From NCBI GenBank assembly GCA_964016885.1, contig OZ024753.1, positions 38,378,001-38,442,000 on the forward strand: 64,000 bases of DNA, in the 5' to 3' direction. This document shows positions 28,421-41,635 of this stretch, piece after piece; the stretch's first letter is position 1; every line of letters starts with the position of its first letter. Under the pieces are notes generated by a model. The model did not search any database. It worked only from the letters and a program-made list of their open reading frames with translations, and was not told the origin of the DNA. A program made the translations under genes and the position numbers. This stretch comes from Eledone cirrhosa (Eukaryota).

Positions 28421-28466
<46 letters not shown>

Positions 28467-28468
<2 letters not shown>

Positions 28469-28666
28469 AACCAGTAAGACCCCGACAGCTGAGCTCAAGC
28501 CGTTTCGACGGCTAATTCTGGACTGAATTAGTCCAGAATTAGCCGTCGAAACGGCTTGAGCTCAGCTGTCGGGGTCTTACTGGTTCCTATTACCCACTCT
28601 ACTACCTCAAGTATTGAGTACTTTGGTGCGTTATGGTCCACCTGGTTCCTTACCACATTTCCTTCG

Positions 28667-28667
<1 letters not shown>
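28467..28667 (+). mobile_element. Family B fold-back element (palindrome 28467-28587 plus tail)
   Basis: ~58-bp arms with GAATT loop; (TA)n on both sides. Confidence 0.8.
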
Positions 28668-28709
<42 letters not shown>

Positions 28710-28951
28710 TATATGTATATATATAAATCACCTGCACACTCTCTTCAAGTTTTACAACATATCACCATTTCAGTTATTTTCACTGCTTTCAGCTTTCACT
28801 CCTTCCTAATTATTCAATGAATCTTGTGGCTTTGTGGTTCTGGAAAGATTTTTGCTGCCTGACTTTCTGTGTGATTAATTGCATGTGTACATGCTTGCAT
28901 ATGTGTGTGTGTACACACACATATGCAAGCATATATATATATATATATATA

Positions 28952-29355
28952 GGGCGGTACTCAGTAACAGAGAGGACCCGCCTTGCCAGTAGGCATCTCT
29001 AACAAAATACACCCCGTCCCGCCACCACCCCCACCCCATCCACACCACCCCGTTCTATGTAAAGTTATGTTGGTGCCGCGCCATCCAGGCCGAAACAAAT
29101 GAGATCGTGTAGGCGTCACGACAAAAAAACACACAGTCCACGCTGTAATGTGGCCGTGTAGGCAACACGGTAAAAACCTCCCAGACCCACACTGTAAATG
29201 TGGTTGGTGTTAGGAAGGGCATCCAACTGTAGAAAACCTGCCAGACAGTCCTATGCGAGCAAGACAATCACTCTTGCCTCAAGTGGGACTACCCCCGTCC
29301 AAACCCATGCAAGCGTGGAACACGGACGTTAAACGTTGATGATGATGATGATGAT
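28952..29355 (+). mobile_element. SINE S3, longest 5' end seen
   Basis: Homology to 8871-9450; (GAT)n tail. Confidence 0.85.
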
Positions 29356-29443
29356 ATATATATTATATATATATGTATGTACACACACACACATATGCAA
29401 GCATGTACACATGCAATTAATCACAATTATATATATATATAGT

Positions 29444-29478
<35 letters not shown>

Positions 29479-29555
29479 GTGTGTGTGTGTGTGTGTATGT
29501 GTATATATGTGCAAGCAGGGAAAAGTAGACGTATGATGATGATGGTATATATATA

Positions 29556-29586
<31 letters not shown>

Positions 29587-29989
29587 TATTGCTAGCAGGG
29601 AAAGTGGTTATTAAAAGATGACGATGATATATATATATATACACAGACACACACACATACACACATACATATATATACATACATGCACACACGTACAGCA
29701 GCTTCAGCAGTCAGCCACATTAGTCTCTGGAATTTCATATTTTTATTTTATTTTATGTTCATTTTTTAAACATATATAACCTTTGATGAGTTGTAGTGCA
29801 CCTGAGCACTGTACACAATAATTTCATTATTATTATTATTTTATCTATTAGCTTGTAAATAGATTAGGAAGGAACCTTCTGGAAAGCATTCCATATTTTT
29901 TGTTGTCTCAATATTTTAACAAACAAGCTAATTGAATCTCAGGTATCTCAGGTCTCATAATCACTGATTGCTTAGAACTGATTATTTAT

Positions 29990-30830
29990 AGGTGGACTAT
30001 TTGCAGAGTCGGTAGAGCATCAAATGAAATACATTTGTGCTATTTATTCCAGCTGCTTGTGCTCTCTCTTTTTACAAAATCCTGCCAAGGTAAACTTTAC
30101 CATGCATCTTTTCAGGGTCAATAAGATAAAGTACCAGTCAAATACTAGGGTTGATTTAATCAGCTTTGCCCTTTTTCCCAAATTTGCTGGCCCTGTGCTT
30201 AAATTAGAAATTGATATATGTTAAAATACAGGCCAATTTAATCTCAGGTATGTTATAATTATTGATAGATTGGTCATTTACAGGTGTCAAATTGGCAGAG
30301 TCGTTAGAATGTTAGATAGAATGCTTTATGGTATTCGTTCTGGCTCTCTGCGCTCTGAGTTCAAATCCCACTGAGATCAACTTGCCTTTCATCCTTTTGA
30401 GGTCGTCGATAAAAAAGTACCAGTCCAGTACTGGGGTTGATTCTTCCTCTATATCTCTTTCTCACTCTTTCTATCCTTCTCTGGAAGAATCTTCTGTATT
30501 CAGACCTGGAGAGGAGTGGACTCCACTAGGTTTAAAAATACCCTAGAAATACCGTATGTCAATATGGACCCCCTATGACTCTCCCAGGAGTCAGTTAGGG
30601 GACCATACTATACAGACATACTTACATCGTACAGAGTATTGGATTAAATACCATTGCTGTATTTGTTCCAGCTGTTCATACTCTCTGAGTTGAGAATCTC
30701 ACCAAGGTCAAATTTGCCTTTCATCCTTTTTAGGCCCCCAGCAGAGGGCGTGTTGGATTGGCAGAATAGTTAAATGAGTCAGACAAAATGCTTTGATCTA
30801 GGTTTGCACATTCTGAGTTCAAATCCCACC
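29990..30830 (+). mobile_element. Old diverged S1 SINE copies and fragments (29990-30210, 30283-30440, 30650-30830)
   Basis: Degenerate A/B boxes and core. Confidence 0.7.
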
Positions 30831-31194
30831 TTCTTCTGTTGGGAGTTGTGAGTGGCAGATTGTAACAGCAATGGAAAGACTGATACAAACTTAGTTTCCT
30901 TGGTTCAATTTGAGAATTGGTTCCTTCCCTTCCATGATCATTATATGTTTTTTTTTAGATTGTATTTTAACCCTTTAATTTCAAGTGTATACTATAATAC
31001 TCCTCACAAAATGGTGTATATTTCGAGAGCTTTACTTCAATGGAAACATTGAAACTATGTAAATATTATATATTTTGTCTTGACAATTTTTGTGTAAAAA
31101 AACCCCGAAACATTTGTCTTTTTTTTACCTAAAAGGTTACACAGTGAAGTGGTTTCTTGTAGCCTGCTTATTCGGTTAGCTATATTCTTGTGTG

Positions 31195-31530
31195 TGAAAG
31201 CATGTGGCTTAGTTGTTAGATAGAGTGTTGGATTCTCAATTGTAAGGTTGTGAGTTCAATTCCTGAATTGGGCAATGTATTGTGTTCTTGAGCAAGACAC
31301 TTTATTTCATGTTACTCTAGTTTATTCAGCTGTAGAAATGAGTTGCAACATCACTGGTATCAAGCTGTATCAGCCATAGCCTTTCCCTTGGACAGCATCA
31401 GTGGTAGGGAGAGGGGATACTGGTAGGTATGGGCAACTGCTAGTTTTCCACCTTGCCCGGACTTGTCTTGGAAAGGAAACTTCCTAGTTGCAAATTCTGT
31501 GGTCATTCATGACCGAAGGGAGTCTTTACT
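31195..31530 (+). mobile_element. tRNA-derived SINE S4 (S2-like head and core, different tail)
   Basis: TGGCTTAGT..GAGTTCAATTCC..CTTGAGCAAGACACTTTATTTCA..CAGCTGTAGAAATGAG followed by an unrelated 3' part; head fragment at 32500-32620. Confidence 0.75.
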
Positions 31531-33149
31531 CTTATATTCTTGTGTAAAATTAAAATTTAAGGAATATTTTGTTATATATTTCGTCAACTACACCTAACCA
31601 ATCATTTTTATTTTCGTTTTTACATCACTTGCTGTAATGTTTCCATATTAAGAAGTAAATTGACCAAGTTATAATGAGTATAGGACAAAATACTTTGCAG
31701 TATTAGTTTCAGCCCTCTACACTCAAATACCACTGAGGGTAGCTTTGCCTTTGATCTTTTCGAGGTTGCTAAAATAAAGCACCAGCCCAGGGCTTGAAGA
31801 CTGGTAGAATTGTTAGGGCAATGGACAAAATGTCTTGCAGTATTAGTTCTAGTTCACTGCATTCTGAGGTTTAATTCTCCTCTAGCTAACTTGGGTTGTA
31901 GATCTAATTCATTACCACCAGGTTTAACACCACCACCACATGTCCCTTGGGTACTAGGCCTAGTCCACAACAACTTAGCCTCTGTTTAGTTGACCTAGAC
32001 TATCACCTCCCACTTTAACATCACTATGTGTCCCTTGGGTGTCTTTAGTGGGTTCACTTAGTTACTAGCATTCATGCTTCCAACCACTCTCCCTGTCTGC
32101 CATCAACTCTCAGAATCTCCGAAAAGGGTCATGGACACTGCCCTACCTCTTTCCCTGTTTAAACCTTATAGGAAGCAAGTTAAACCTGCTTATGTGTGAG
32201 CTGTAACATGCTAGGACTAGAGACCCTATCATTTAAATACCAAAGAAACCTCTTTGATAAACAACCTCATAGAAGGCCAGCTAAACCTGCAGAGGTGTGA
32301 GCTGTAAATTTCATTTCATTTTTTTATCAACCAACTTCAACATAAAATAGGTACCACTTCACTGAGTGTCCTTAAAGGGTTTGACATGTTCATTCAGGCA
32401 GGGGTAAGGTTTCATCTTGTCTCCCCCACCCATACAGGTGTATTTATTAATATCTTGACCTCTAATTAATATTTGTTTGAACAGGTAGGTAACTAATCTG
32501 GAGCGAAGGTGTGTGGCCTTGTGGTTAGAGGTGTTGTACTCATAATCATAAGGTTGTGGGTTCAATTCCAGGACCAAGCAGTATGTATTTTTGAGCCAGA
32601 GTTTTCATTTCACACTGCTTTTCATAACAAAACTGAGACCATCCTCCTCCACATCATAAAACCCTCAAAGTACCTCCTATGAGATGAAACCTTGTAGGAG
32701 GCCAATGAAACTTGCAAAGGTGAGAGATGTAAATTTAAATTTAAAAAAAAAAACATTATCTGGAGGCACAACAGTCAATTTTTTTTTTTCAAATCTTTTT
32801 CCCATGAAATTATCTCTCATTGAGGAAAAAAGGCTGTGTGGGTAACATATCAAATTGGCTTTCTTTTTATATTTCGAGAGTTCAAGTCCATGGCTGGTTT
32901 GTTATATATTTGGCAGTTTACATGTACACTTAATTCAATGTTGCTTAAACCTTTTTATCTGGAGAATATTACCTGTGATAGACAGAGGGACAGGTACAGA
33001 CTGATAAACGGAGAGACAGATAGATAGGTATAGACTGACTGTCAGAGAGACGGACAAGTAGATAGGTTGACGGTGACAGAGAGACAGACAGACAGATACA
33101 GGCAGACAGACTTCCTTGCAGACGTATGTTTTTTTTGTTGATTTTTACT

Positions 33150-33535
33150 CTACCCCACCTCTATGTTACCTCCGTTACCCAACTTTCCTGTTATTCTACC
33201 TCTGTTACCCCACCCTACCTCCCTATTACACTACCTCTGTTATCCCACCCTACTCATCTGTTATCCTACCTCTATGATACACCACCTGTCTATTACCCCA
33301 CCCTACCTCTCTGTTACCCTACCTCGATATTACCCCACCCTACCTCTCTGTTACCCTACCTCTATATTACCCCACCCTACCTCTCTGTTACCCTACCTCT
33401 ATATTACTCCACCCTACCTCTCTGTTACCCTACCTCTATATTATCCCACCCTATCTCTCTGTTACCCTACCTCTATATTACCCCACCCTATCTCTCTGTT
33501 ACCCTACCTCTATATTACTCCACCCTACCTCTCTA
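33150..33535. repeat. 37-bp CT-rich minisatellite
   Basis: CCCTACCTCTCTGTTACCCTACCTCTATATTACCCCA units. Confidence 0.9.
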
Positions 33536-33696
33536 TTAAAAGTTGTTAGTTAATAAAGAACACCCCATTAGAACAACGGTGACAACAACAGCCACAATAT
33601 AAACATCAACAATTGTAATAATATAAATGTTGAGTTGGATTTTATTGTCTATGATTTACTGTTATAAATTGTAAAAATATTTTACATTGTATATAC

Positions 33697-34200
33697 ATGT
33701 TTAAATTTATCTGAAGACTGGCTACATTGTTAACAAGCTGTGATGTGGCATTCATGCATGTTTAAATTTATCTGAAGACTGGCTACATTGTTAACAAGCT
33801 GTGATGTGGCATTCATGCATGTTTAAATTTATCTGAAGACTGGCTACATTGTTAACAAGGTGTGATGTGGCATTCATGCAGGATTAAATTTATCTGAAGA
33901 CTGGCTACATTGTTATGGTGTGATGTTGTGGTGTTCATGCATGTTTAAACATGCATAAAGACTGGTTACATTAACAAGATGTCTATGTTGTGATGTTCAT
34001 GCATGTTTAAACACATCTAAAGAATGTCTATATTGTTAACAAGGTGTGATGTGGCGTTCATGCATATCTAAACACATCTAAAGAATGTCTATATTGTTTA
34101 ACAAGGTGTGATGTTGTGACGTTCATGCAGGATTAAACTTATCTGAAGATCAGATACATTGTTAACAAGAATCTGTCAATGTGGTGGTGTTCATGCATTG
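33697..34200. repeat. ~61-bp minisatellite, ~8 copies, degenerating 3'
   Basis: CATGTTTAAATTTATCTGAAGACTGGCTACATTGTTAACAAG.TGTGATGTGGCATTCATG. Confidence 0.9.
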
Positions 34201-34744
34201 AAATGCTATTTGAAAACAGCTAAATGTTAGGTTTATGGAATTTTTCTTTTGAATATTCTTATCTATTTAATCATTTGCCTTCACAAAAGGAACTCTAATT
34301 ACAATGATAATAAGGGTGTTTCTTAGATCCTATTTAATTGTATAAAGCCAAGGACAGAAACCTTTTTTTGCTGGAAGATTCTTCATTGATGTTCAACGAG
34401 TCCACATTTTGAAGAAAATATTGTCTCGCTAAACCTCAGTTATTTTTCAAAATATAATATTTATAAAAACTAACAAAATTTAAAAATATATTTAAAAATT
34501 GACTAATTTTTTTATGGTTTTATTGTGATTGCTTCTCAAGGAAAGCATTTCAATGTTTGGTTTCAACAAAAAAATGTCTTAATTTAATTTCAGAAGAGGG
34601 CACTTATGTTTTCAGAGGACCATATACTACCTTTAAGCTGCAGGTTTCCCCATCCCTGGAGTAGAGGGTGGACATCAATGGTGTCTTTGTTGTCCCGTCG
34701 AAGTAAAAGAAAGATTTGTTTTTGATTTGTTAAACTTTACAGGA

Positions 34745-34978
34745 ATAGAAACAGGCTGGTAGATGAGCTGTTGTTACTATAGAAACAGGAATAGTCTGGT
34801 AGATGAACTGTTACTGTAGAGCCAGAAACAGACTGGTAGATGAGCTGTTGTTACTATAGAGACAGGAAATAGCCTGGTAGATGAGCTGTTGTTACTATAG
34901 AGGCAGGAAATAGCCTGGTAGATGAGCTGTTACTATAGAGACAGGAATAGCCTAGTAGATGAGCTGTTACTATAGAGT
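34745..34978. repeat. ~38-42-bp minisatellite, ~6 copies
   Basis: CTGGTAGATGAGCTGTT(GTT)ACTATAGA..CAGGAA units. Confidence 0.85.
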
Positions 34979-35283
34979 AGTAGGGACGACTGTCTCTCTC
35001 CTGGACAACACCAGTGTCATTAAGAGAGGAGATTTACATGTAGGGACGACTGCAGCTTTTCCTCACCACCAAGCCCATGGTCAGTGATAACCGAAGGCGA
35101 TCCATCGAAAGAAACAAGCTAACTAATGTGATTAATAATTATTAAAAAATGAATGAAAATTTGGCAGTGCTCCAGCATGGCCATGAAAATCATTGAAAAC
35201 ATCTGTTGTCTATAACTGGCAAGTTTCCATTTGTTTTTAGCAGAACTAAACTTGTTCTATTATTATTATTGTTGTTATTATTT

Positions 35284-35490
35284 GGGTTGGCAGTATCAGT
35301 AGAGAGCCAGACAACATGCTTTGCGGTATTGAGTTACGGCCCTTTACATTTTGATTTCAAATCCCACCGAGGTTAGCTTAGCTTTTCATCATTGCGAGGT
35401 CAATAAAATAAACTACCAGTAATGCACTGGGGTCGATTTAATCGACTTTCCCTCCCCACAAATTGTTGGCCTTGTTCCTTAATCAGAAAC
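35284..35490 (+). mobile_element. SINE S1
   Basis: Head, core and (ATT)n tail. Confidence 0.82.
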
Positions 35491-35865
35491 CATTATAATT
35501 ATTATAATTATTATTATTATTATTATTATTATTAGAAACTTTTATGTGATAATAAACACACGCTAACATTTTTTCATGCAATTTTTGTCATGTTTGTTCT
35601 TTATTTTCCCCCAAAATGATTTGTAACATTTAAAGGTCCAATTGTGTATTTTCTAAAGATTCATGAACATGCCGGTCCTGCCTTGAAGATCTGAACTCTA
35701 CATTTTCAAAGTAGGTTAGCTGAATATGAAGTGCACACTCAGTACACTCTATAAAGTGGTTGTTATTGTTAAGAGCAGTATCCACCTGTAGAAACGCTAC
35801 CTCTCTGTCTCAATATATCTGGAAACTAATGAATAGTGGAATCCAAAGATTTTCATAGCCTAGAC

Positions 35866-36030
35866 CATGCTTGGGCAACCTTTTTCGAGCAGTGGGCCGC
35901 GTAGGAGTGGCTCTTCATAAGGCGAGCCACACTACTAAAAAAAATTGAAAGCAATTTTGAAATTAGGCGTGCTATTCAGAAACACAAACGGGCTACATGA
36001 AGCTCTCAGGCTGCAGCGTGCCCATGACTG
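35866..36030. mobile_element. hAT (Charlie-like) MITE
   Basis: Ends CATGCTTGGGCAAC / CGTGCCCATGACTG; 8-bp TSD GCCTAGAC/ACCTAGAC. Confidence 0.65.
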
Positions 36031-36269
36031 ACCTAGACAAACATGAATTCAACATTTCAGTATAAAAATCATCCCACCACAATCAACATTATCATTCTTC
36101 TAGTACTTTATTTCATAGACTCTTGCTAAAAATAATAAACGAATTAAAAAAAAAAATGCAAAGCAAAATAGATTTTGACGAGGTTTGAACTGAGAACGTC
36201 CGAAGATTTTGTGACTGAATATAGTAAAAGGTAGATTTGGCTGGTGCTTTACAGATTTTCCCAAACAAA

Positions 36270-37760
36270 CAATGTCACCGCTGTCTCCATCACTATGGCC
36301 AACACCACCACTACCATCACTATCACCATCAACAACAACAGCACCACCACCACCACCACCACTAACAACGCCAACATCACCACCAGCATCACCAATAGCA
36401 CCTCTAGCACCATGGCCAACACCACCACCACCACCACCACCACCACCACCACCATCAACAACAACATCACCAACAGCAGCAGCACCACCACCAACACCAC
36501 CACCACCACCAACAACAACAATACTACCACCATCGATGACAAATGCTATGTTAGTACACTAATTGATATAGAATACTGGTTTGCAGTTTCAAAAGCGAAG
36601 TAGGGGGAGGTAAATACTACAATCGAAACCAACAGCAACACCACCTCCACCTCCAACACCACCTCCACGTCCACCAAGAACATCACTACGACCACAACAA
36701 TACCAACAACAACGACCACTACCACTATCATCACCAGTAATAACACCACCACCACCACCACCTCCACGTCCACCAAGAACATCACTACGACCATCACCAC
36801 TACCACTATCATCACCAATAATAACACCACCACCACCATCACCAACAGCAACAATAACATCAGCACCACTAACACTACCACTACTACCAACAACACCACA
36901 CCGCCACTACCAACACCAATACCAACGTCACAGACATCACTACGACCACCATCACCACCATCACCAACAACAACACCACCACCATCACCACCACCACCAC
37001 TACCACCAATACCAACATCACTACGACCACTATCACCACCATCACCAACAACACCACCACCATCACCACCACCACTACCACCAATACCAACATCACTACG
37101 ACCACTATCACCACCATCACCAACAACAACACCACCACCACCACCACCACTACCACCAATACCAACATCACTACGACAACTATCACCACCATCACCAACA
37201 ACAACACCACCACCACCACCACCACTACCACCAATACCAACATCACTACGACAACTATTACCACCATCACCAACAACACCACCACCATCACCACCACCAC
37301 TACCACCAATACCAACATCACTACGACAACTATCACCACCATCACCAACAACAACACCATCACCACCACCACCACTACCACCAATACCAACATCACTACG
37401 ACAACTATCACCACCATCACCAACAACACCACCACCATCACCACCACCACTACCACCAATACCAACATCACTACGACAACTATCACCACCATCACCAACA
37501 ACACCACCACCATCACCACCACCACTACCACCAATACCAACATCACTACGACAACTATCACCACCATCACCAACAACACCACCACCATCACCAACAACAC
37601 CACCACCATCACCACCACCACTACCACCAATACCAACATCACTACGACAACTATCACCACCATCACCAACAATAACAACACCACCACCATCACCAACAAT
37701 AACAACACCACCACCACCACCATCACCACCACACAATCAATAACAACAACATCAACAATA
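36270..37760. repeat. ACC-rich low complexity with a ~72-75-bp unit array (~36930-37660)
   Basis: Anchor CCAATACCAACATCACTACGAC recurs regularly. Confidence 0.9.
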
Positions 37761-38369
37761 CAATGAGTTTATTTTAAGAAAAGCTAATAGTATACGTAGT
37801 TAAGAGTTTATATTACTTCCACAGTCACATAATAGGGTTTCTTCAGTTGTTTTATATATTTTTTAGTCTTCTTTATTTTCTTCCTTCCTTTCTTTCTTTC
37901 TTATTTTCTTCTCTTTTCTTTCTTTTTGCCTATATCGATGACCGTAAGAAGATGAGATAAGTTGTACTGTGATCCTTTCTTATGAAGGGAAGAAGAGGGG
38001 GGGGATTGAGCTACTGAATGAAATGAAGAAGGGGAAGAAGGTGATGAAGAAGAAGAAAATGACGACGAAGAAGCAGAAGAGGAACAAGAAGAAAAAGAAG
38101 AAGCAGAGCAAGAAGAAGAAGAAGAAGAAGTTGAAGAAGAAGAAAATGACGACGAAGAAGAAGAAGCAGAAGAGGAGCAAGAAGAAGTTGAAGAAGAAGA
38201 AAGCTTAAGCTTAAGCTTGAATGAAACGAAGAAAAAGAAGGAAGATGAAAACGGGAGAAAAATAATAATAAGTAGAAGAAAACGACGAAGAAGAAAGAAA
38301 AAGATGAGATGAAAAACTTTTACCAGCAGAGGAGGAAAAATAAAAGCGGATGTCTTAAATCCTCGTTGT

Positions 38370-38520
38370 GTGAATTCCGGAAATTCAAAGGCGCACCGGA
38401 AATAGACTACCGTGATGTGGGTTCTAATGTATGGATGTCGTGTTAAGTGGCACTGGTCAGAAGTACAGAGGCGGAATGATTGCAGAGTCTAGCCATGGCA
38501 CGAACGCTACGCATTGATGG
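38370..38520. promoter_or_regulatory. CpG-containing promoter-like patch with tandem ETS-type CCGGAAAT sites
   Basis: CCGGAAAT at 38377 and 38396 in unique, CpG-richer sequence. Confidence 0.3.
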
Positions 38521-38813
38521 TCATTTCTTCTGTTTTCTTTAGTTCTTTCTTTCTATTTTTTTTCATTCTTCTTTCTTTCTTTTCTTTTTTCTTTGTTTGT
38601 TTGTTGCTTTCTTTCTTTCTCTCGAGCCAAAAGCAAAGCCAAGCGGCTGGCGGCCAAGTGGACAACGTTTTATGATGCATTCAGTGACAACAGCAGCAGC
38701 AGCGGAGAGAAAGAGAGAAGGGGAGAGGGAGAGAGAAAGAGAGGAGGGAATTATAGATAGGTGTATGATAAAAGAAAACCTGGAAACAAGAGGTAGAGAG
38801 AGAGATACATAAG

Positions 38814-38853
<40 letters not shown>

Positions 38854-39419
38854 TAGGATGATCAAGAAAGAAAGAGAGAAGGAGAAAGAGAGAAGGTGAA
38901 GGAGAGAGGAGAGATGATGATAAAGAAAGATGATGCTAACAAAGGGGAGAAGAAAGAGAGACGAAGGTAATGAAAGGATAAGAGAGAAAAAGACGATGGT
39001 AAAGGGGAAGGAAGAAGGAGGGGGAGATGAAACAGAGAGATAGAAAGAGAGAAAGAGAAACAATGATAACAAAGGAATAAGGTGGTGGTGGTGGTGGTGG
39101 TGGTGGGGTGGAGGTGAGACTAAGGGACTGAGAAAAAGAAAGAAAAAAGACGAAGGAAAGAAAGAGACGCCTGTTTATCTCTCTTTCTCTCCCTCCCCCT
39201 CTCTCTCTCTCTCTCTCTCTCTCTCCCCCCCTCTCTCTCTCTCTATATATATATATAGAGAGAGAGAGAACAACAGAGAGGGAAATAGAAAGAAAGAGTT
39301 AGATAGCTCGACACACACATATATATAAAGAGAGAGAGAGAGAGAGAGAGAGGGGATATTGACACACACAAACACACACACACATATATATATATATATG
39401 TATATATATATGTATGCAC

Positions 39420-39459
<40 letters not shown>

Positions 39460-39826
39460 GTGGAGGTGATATTGTGAAGTACCTGGAGTGAGGATGGGAG
39501 CCTGTTGTCGTCCAAGTGTTGTTTATCAACGGATTGACCGATCACAGCCTGATGGTAAATAAATTTCAGGCTTAATCATTTGACTGCTTTAACTAAACAA
39601 CATTGACGTCAGGCGTATATAGCTTACAACAAAACAAACTGTTCCACACCCTTTCTTCCTTTTTCCTACACACACACATGCACACATACACACACACATG
39701 CACACACACACACTTACACAAGCACATATATACACACACATATACACACACACACATATATATATATATTACATTGTAGTACAAACTTGATATAGATACC
39801 CAAGGGTTTAGATAAGTTTTCTTATG

Positions 39827-39876
39827 ACAAACTGAATGAGTTGGAGTACATAATCCAACGAAACTTAAGTACCTGT
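39827..39876 (+). ncRNA. Degenerate hammerhead motif in a TA-terminated fragment; same family on - strand at 44947-45005
   Basis: CTGA(A)TGA-GTTGGA-loop-TCCAAC-GAAA-CTTAAG-TA; extra A in the core, weak stem I. Confidence 0.6.
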
Positions 39877-39890
39877 ATGTGTCACTGTTG

Positions 39891-39949
<59 letters not shown>

Positions 39950-39955
<6 letters not shown>

Positions 39956-40225
39956 TACAGTAATCAAAGTTCAGTTTAAGTCATTTATTTGCTTACAATT
40001 GTTTCCTCCAAACCGAGGTTTGGATTCTTCGGAACTGAACTTTGATTACTGTAATCTCTATATAACTGCTCTGTAAAACAACTGATGTTATTACATTGAG
40101 CTATTTATCTTACTGGTAATAGGATAGTAATTAATGACTATCTCTCACTATTTAGGGTTTGTGTATATATAATATATTACCATTAAAGGTTTTATTGCAT
40201 ACATAGCCATAAATTGTACCCTTAA

Positions 40226-40230
<5 letters not shown>
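39950..40230. mobile_element. Fold-back element (arms ~39950-39976 / 40033-40059) enclosing a - strand hammerhead-like motif at 39991-40035
   Basis: Minus strand CCGAAGA-A-TCCAAAC-CTCG-GTTTGGA-G-GAAA-CAATTG-TA. Confidence 0.6.
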
Positions 40231-40283
<53 letters not shown>

Positions 40284-41440
40284 TTTTCTCGCTCACATTT
40301 CAACCAGGTTGGATGGTTTTTATCTCTCGTCTACGATTTCACAGAACTTATGTTCATCAAGGGACTTGACTCCTTCTTCCTCACTTTTCGTTGCATTACC
40401 ATCTTTGTTTGTTTACTGTCTCGCTCGTTCCCCCTATTTACGTGTCCCAACGACTTTCTTTAGCCGTTGCTCGCACCAACCAGAGCTATATGATCTTTAA
40501 AGCGATGAAATACCAATGAAGGCTGATCACTGATGAAGGACTAATTTTATTCATATGTAACCCATTTGCAACCATGCAGCACGCCATTTTTTCATATGTA
40601 TATATATATATATATATATATGGATTCTTCGGTGTCCAATAATGATTCTTCCCCATTTTGGAACCACCGAAGAATCCATATATATATATATATATATATA
40701 TACAAGTGGAAGCTTAGTAAAATCGAAGCTTTGGCTGTGGGCAAGCAAAGTCGACCTACAATATGAATGAGTTAGCAAAGCACTCAATAAAGGTAGGTCC
40801 TTAGAGTAATAACATACGTTTAAATAGCTTGACAAATTGAATATTGTGGTAGGCAAAACCTAACTACACAATACCAAAGTAACGAAAAAACTAATCAGGT
40901 TAAAAAGATATGGATTCTTCGGTGGTTCCAATAATGATTCTTCCCCATATGAAACCATGGTAGGGAGTTCTATATATAAGCGAAGTTAGACAGAATACTT
41001 TTTAGTCTATCTTGTTTATACTCCCAAACTAAAAGTTTTTTTTTCTTATCTAATTTTAATATGTAATATTGCTTCTCTGAGAGAATTCTTTCATTGAGGT
41101 ATATATAATTATTAAAGCCCGTTACTACAACGGCACAATACCAGGTAAGTACGTTTCGTTGGTCGTGAGGACCAACTTGTTCAACCTCTGCTGATGAATA
41201 TATCTCGAAAATTATTTGTCACTGCAACCCTGACTGTAACGTAGGGTATGGCTGTAACAGAGTTGGTTACACGATTGCAGAATCTAGAACAATGCATTTT
41301 TTTTATGCAGTTAGCGTTTCTGCGTTACTACATTTTAATTTTCTGGAAGAAATCGGCTGTGTTCAGACCAAAAAACACCGCATGTCATGACGGCGCCATT
41401 ACGACTCCATCTGGAATTGTAGATCAATACATTCTTGAAA

Positions 41441-41635
41441 GGGCGGTGGATTAGCAGAGTCGTTAGAATGTCGGGAATATATTTATCAGTATTTATTCGG
41501 TCTCTTTGCATTCTGAGTTCAAATCCTATCCAGGTCAACTTTTCCAAGATCGATATAATAATGTACCAGTCAGCCACTGAGGTCGATACAATCAATTTTC
41601 CCTTTCACTTAACTGCTGGCCGTATGTCTAAATTA
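41441..41635 (+). mobile_element. Diverged SINE S1
   Basis: GGCGGTGGATTAGCAGAGTCGTTAGA..GAGTTCAAATCC..GTACCAG. Confidence 0.7.

Noticed and set aside
30562-30607. Hairpin TATGGACCCCCTATGACTC...GAGTCAGTTAGGGGACCATA as a miRNA or Helitron end
   Set aside because: Single short imperfect stem among SINE debris with no supporting termini or copies.
33697-34200. CTGAAGA in the 61-bp repeat as a hammerhead core
   Set aside because: No downstream stem II plus GAAA.
36244-37736. Gly/Val/Thr-rich ORFs (also 3146-3863, 45887-48116, 60540-61517)
   Set aside because: Stop-poor trinucleotide repeats open in several frames on both strands.
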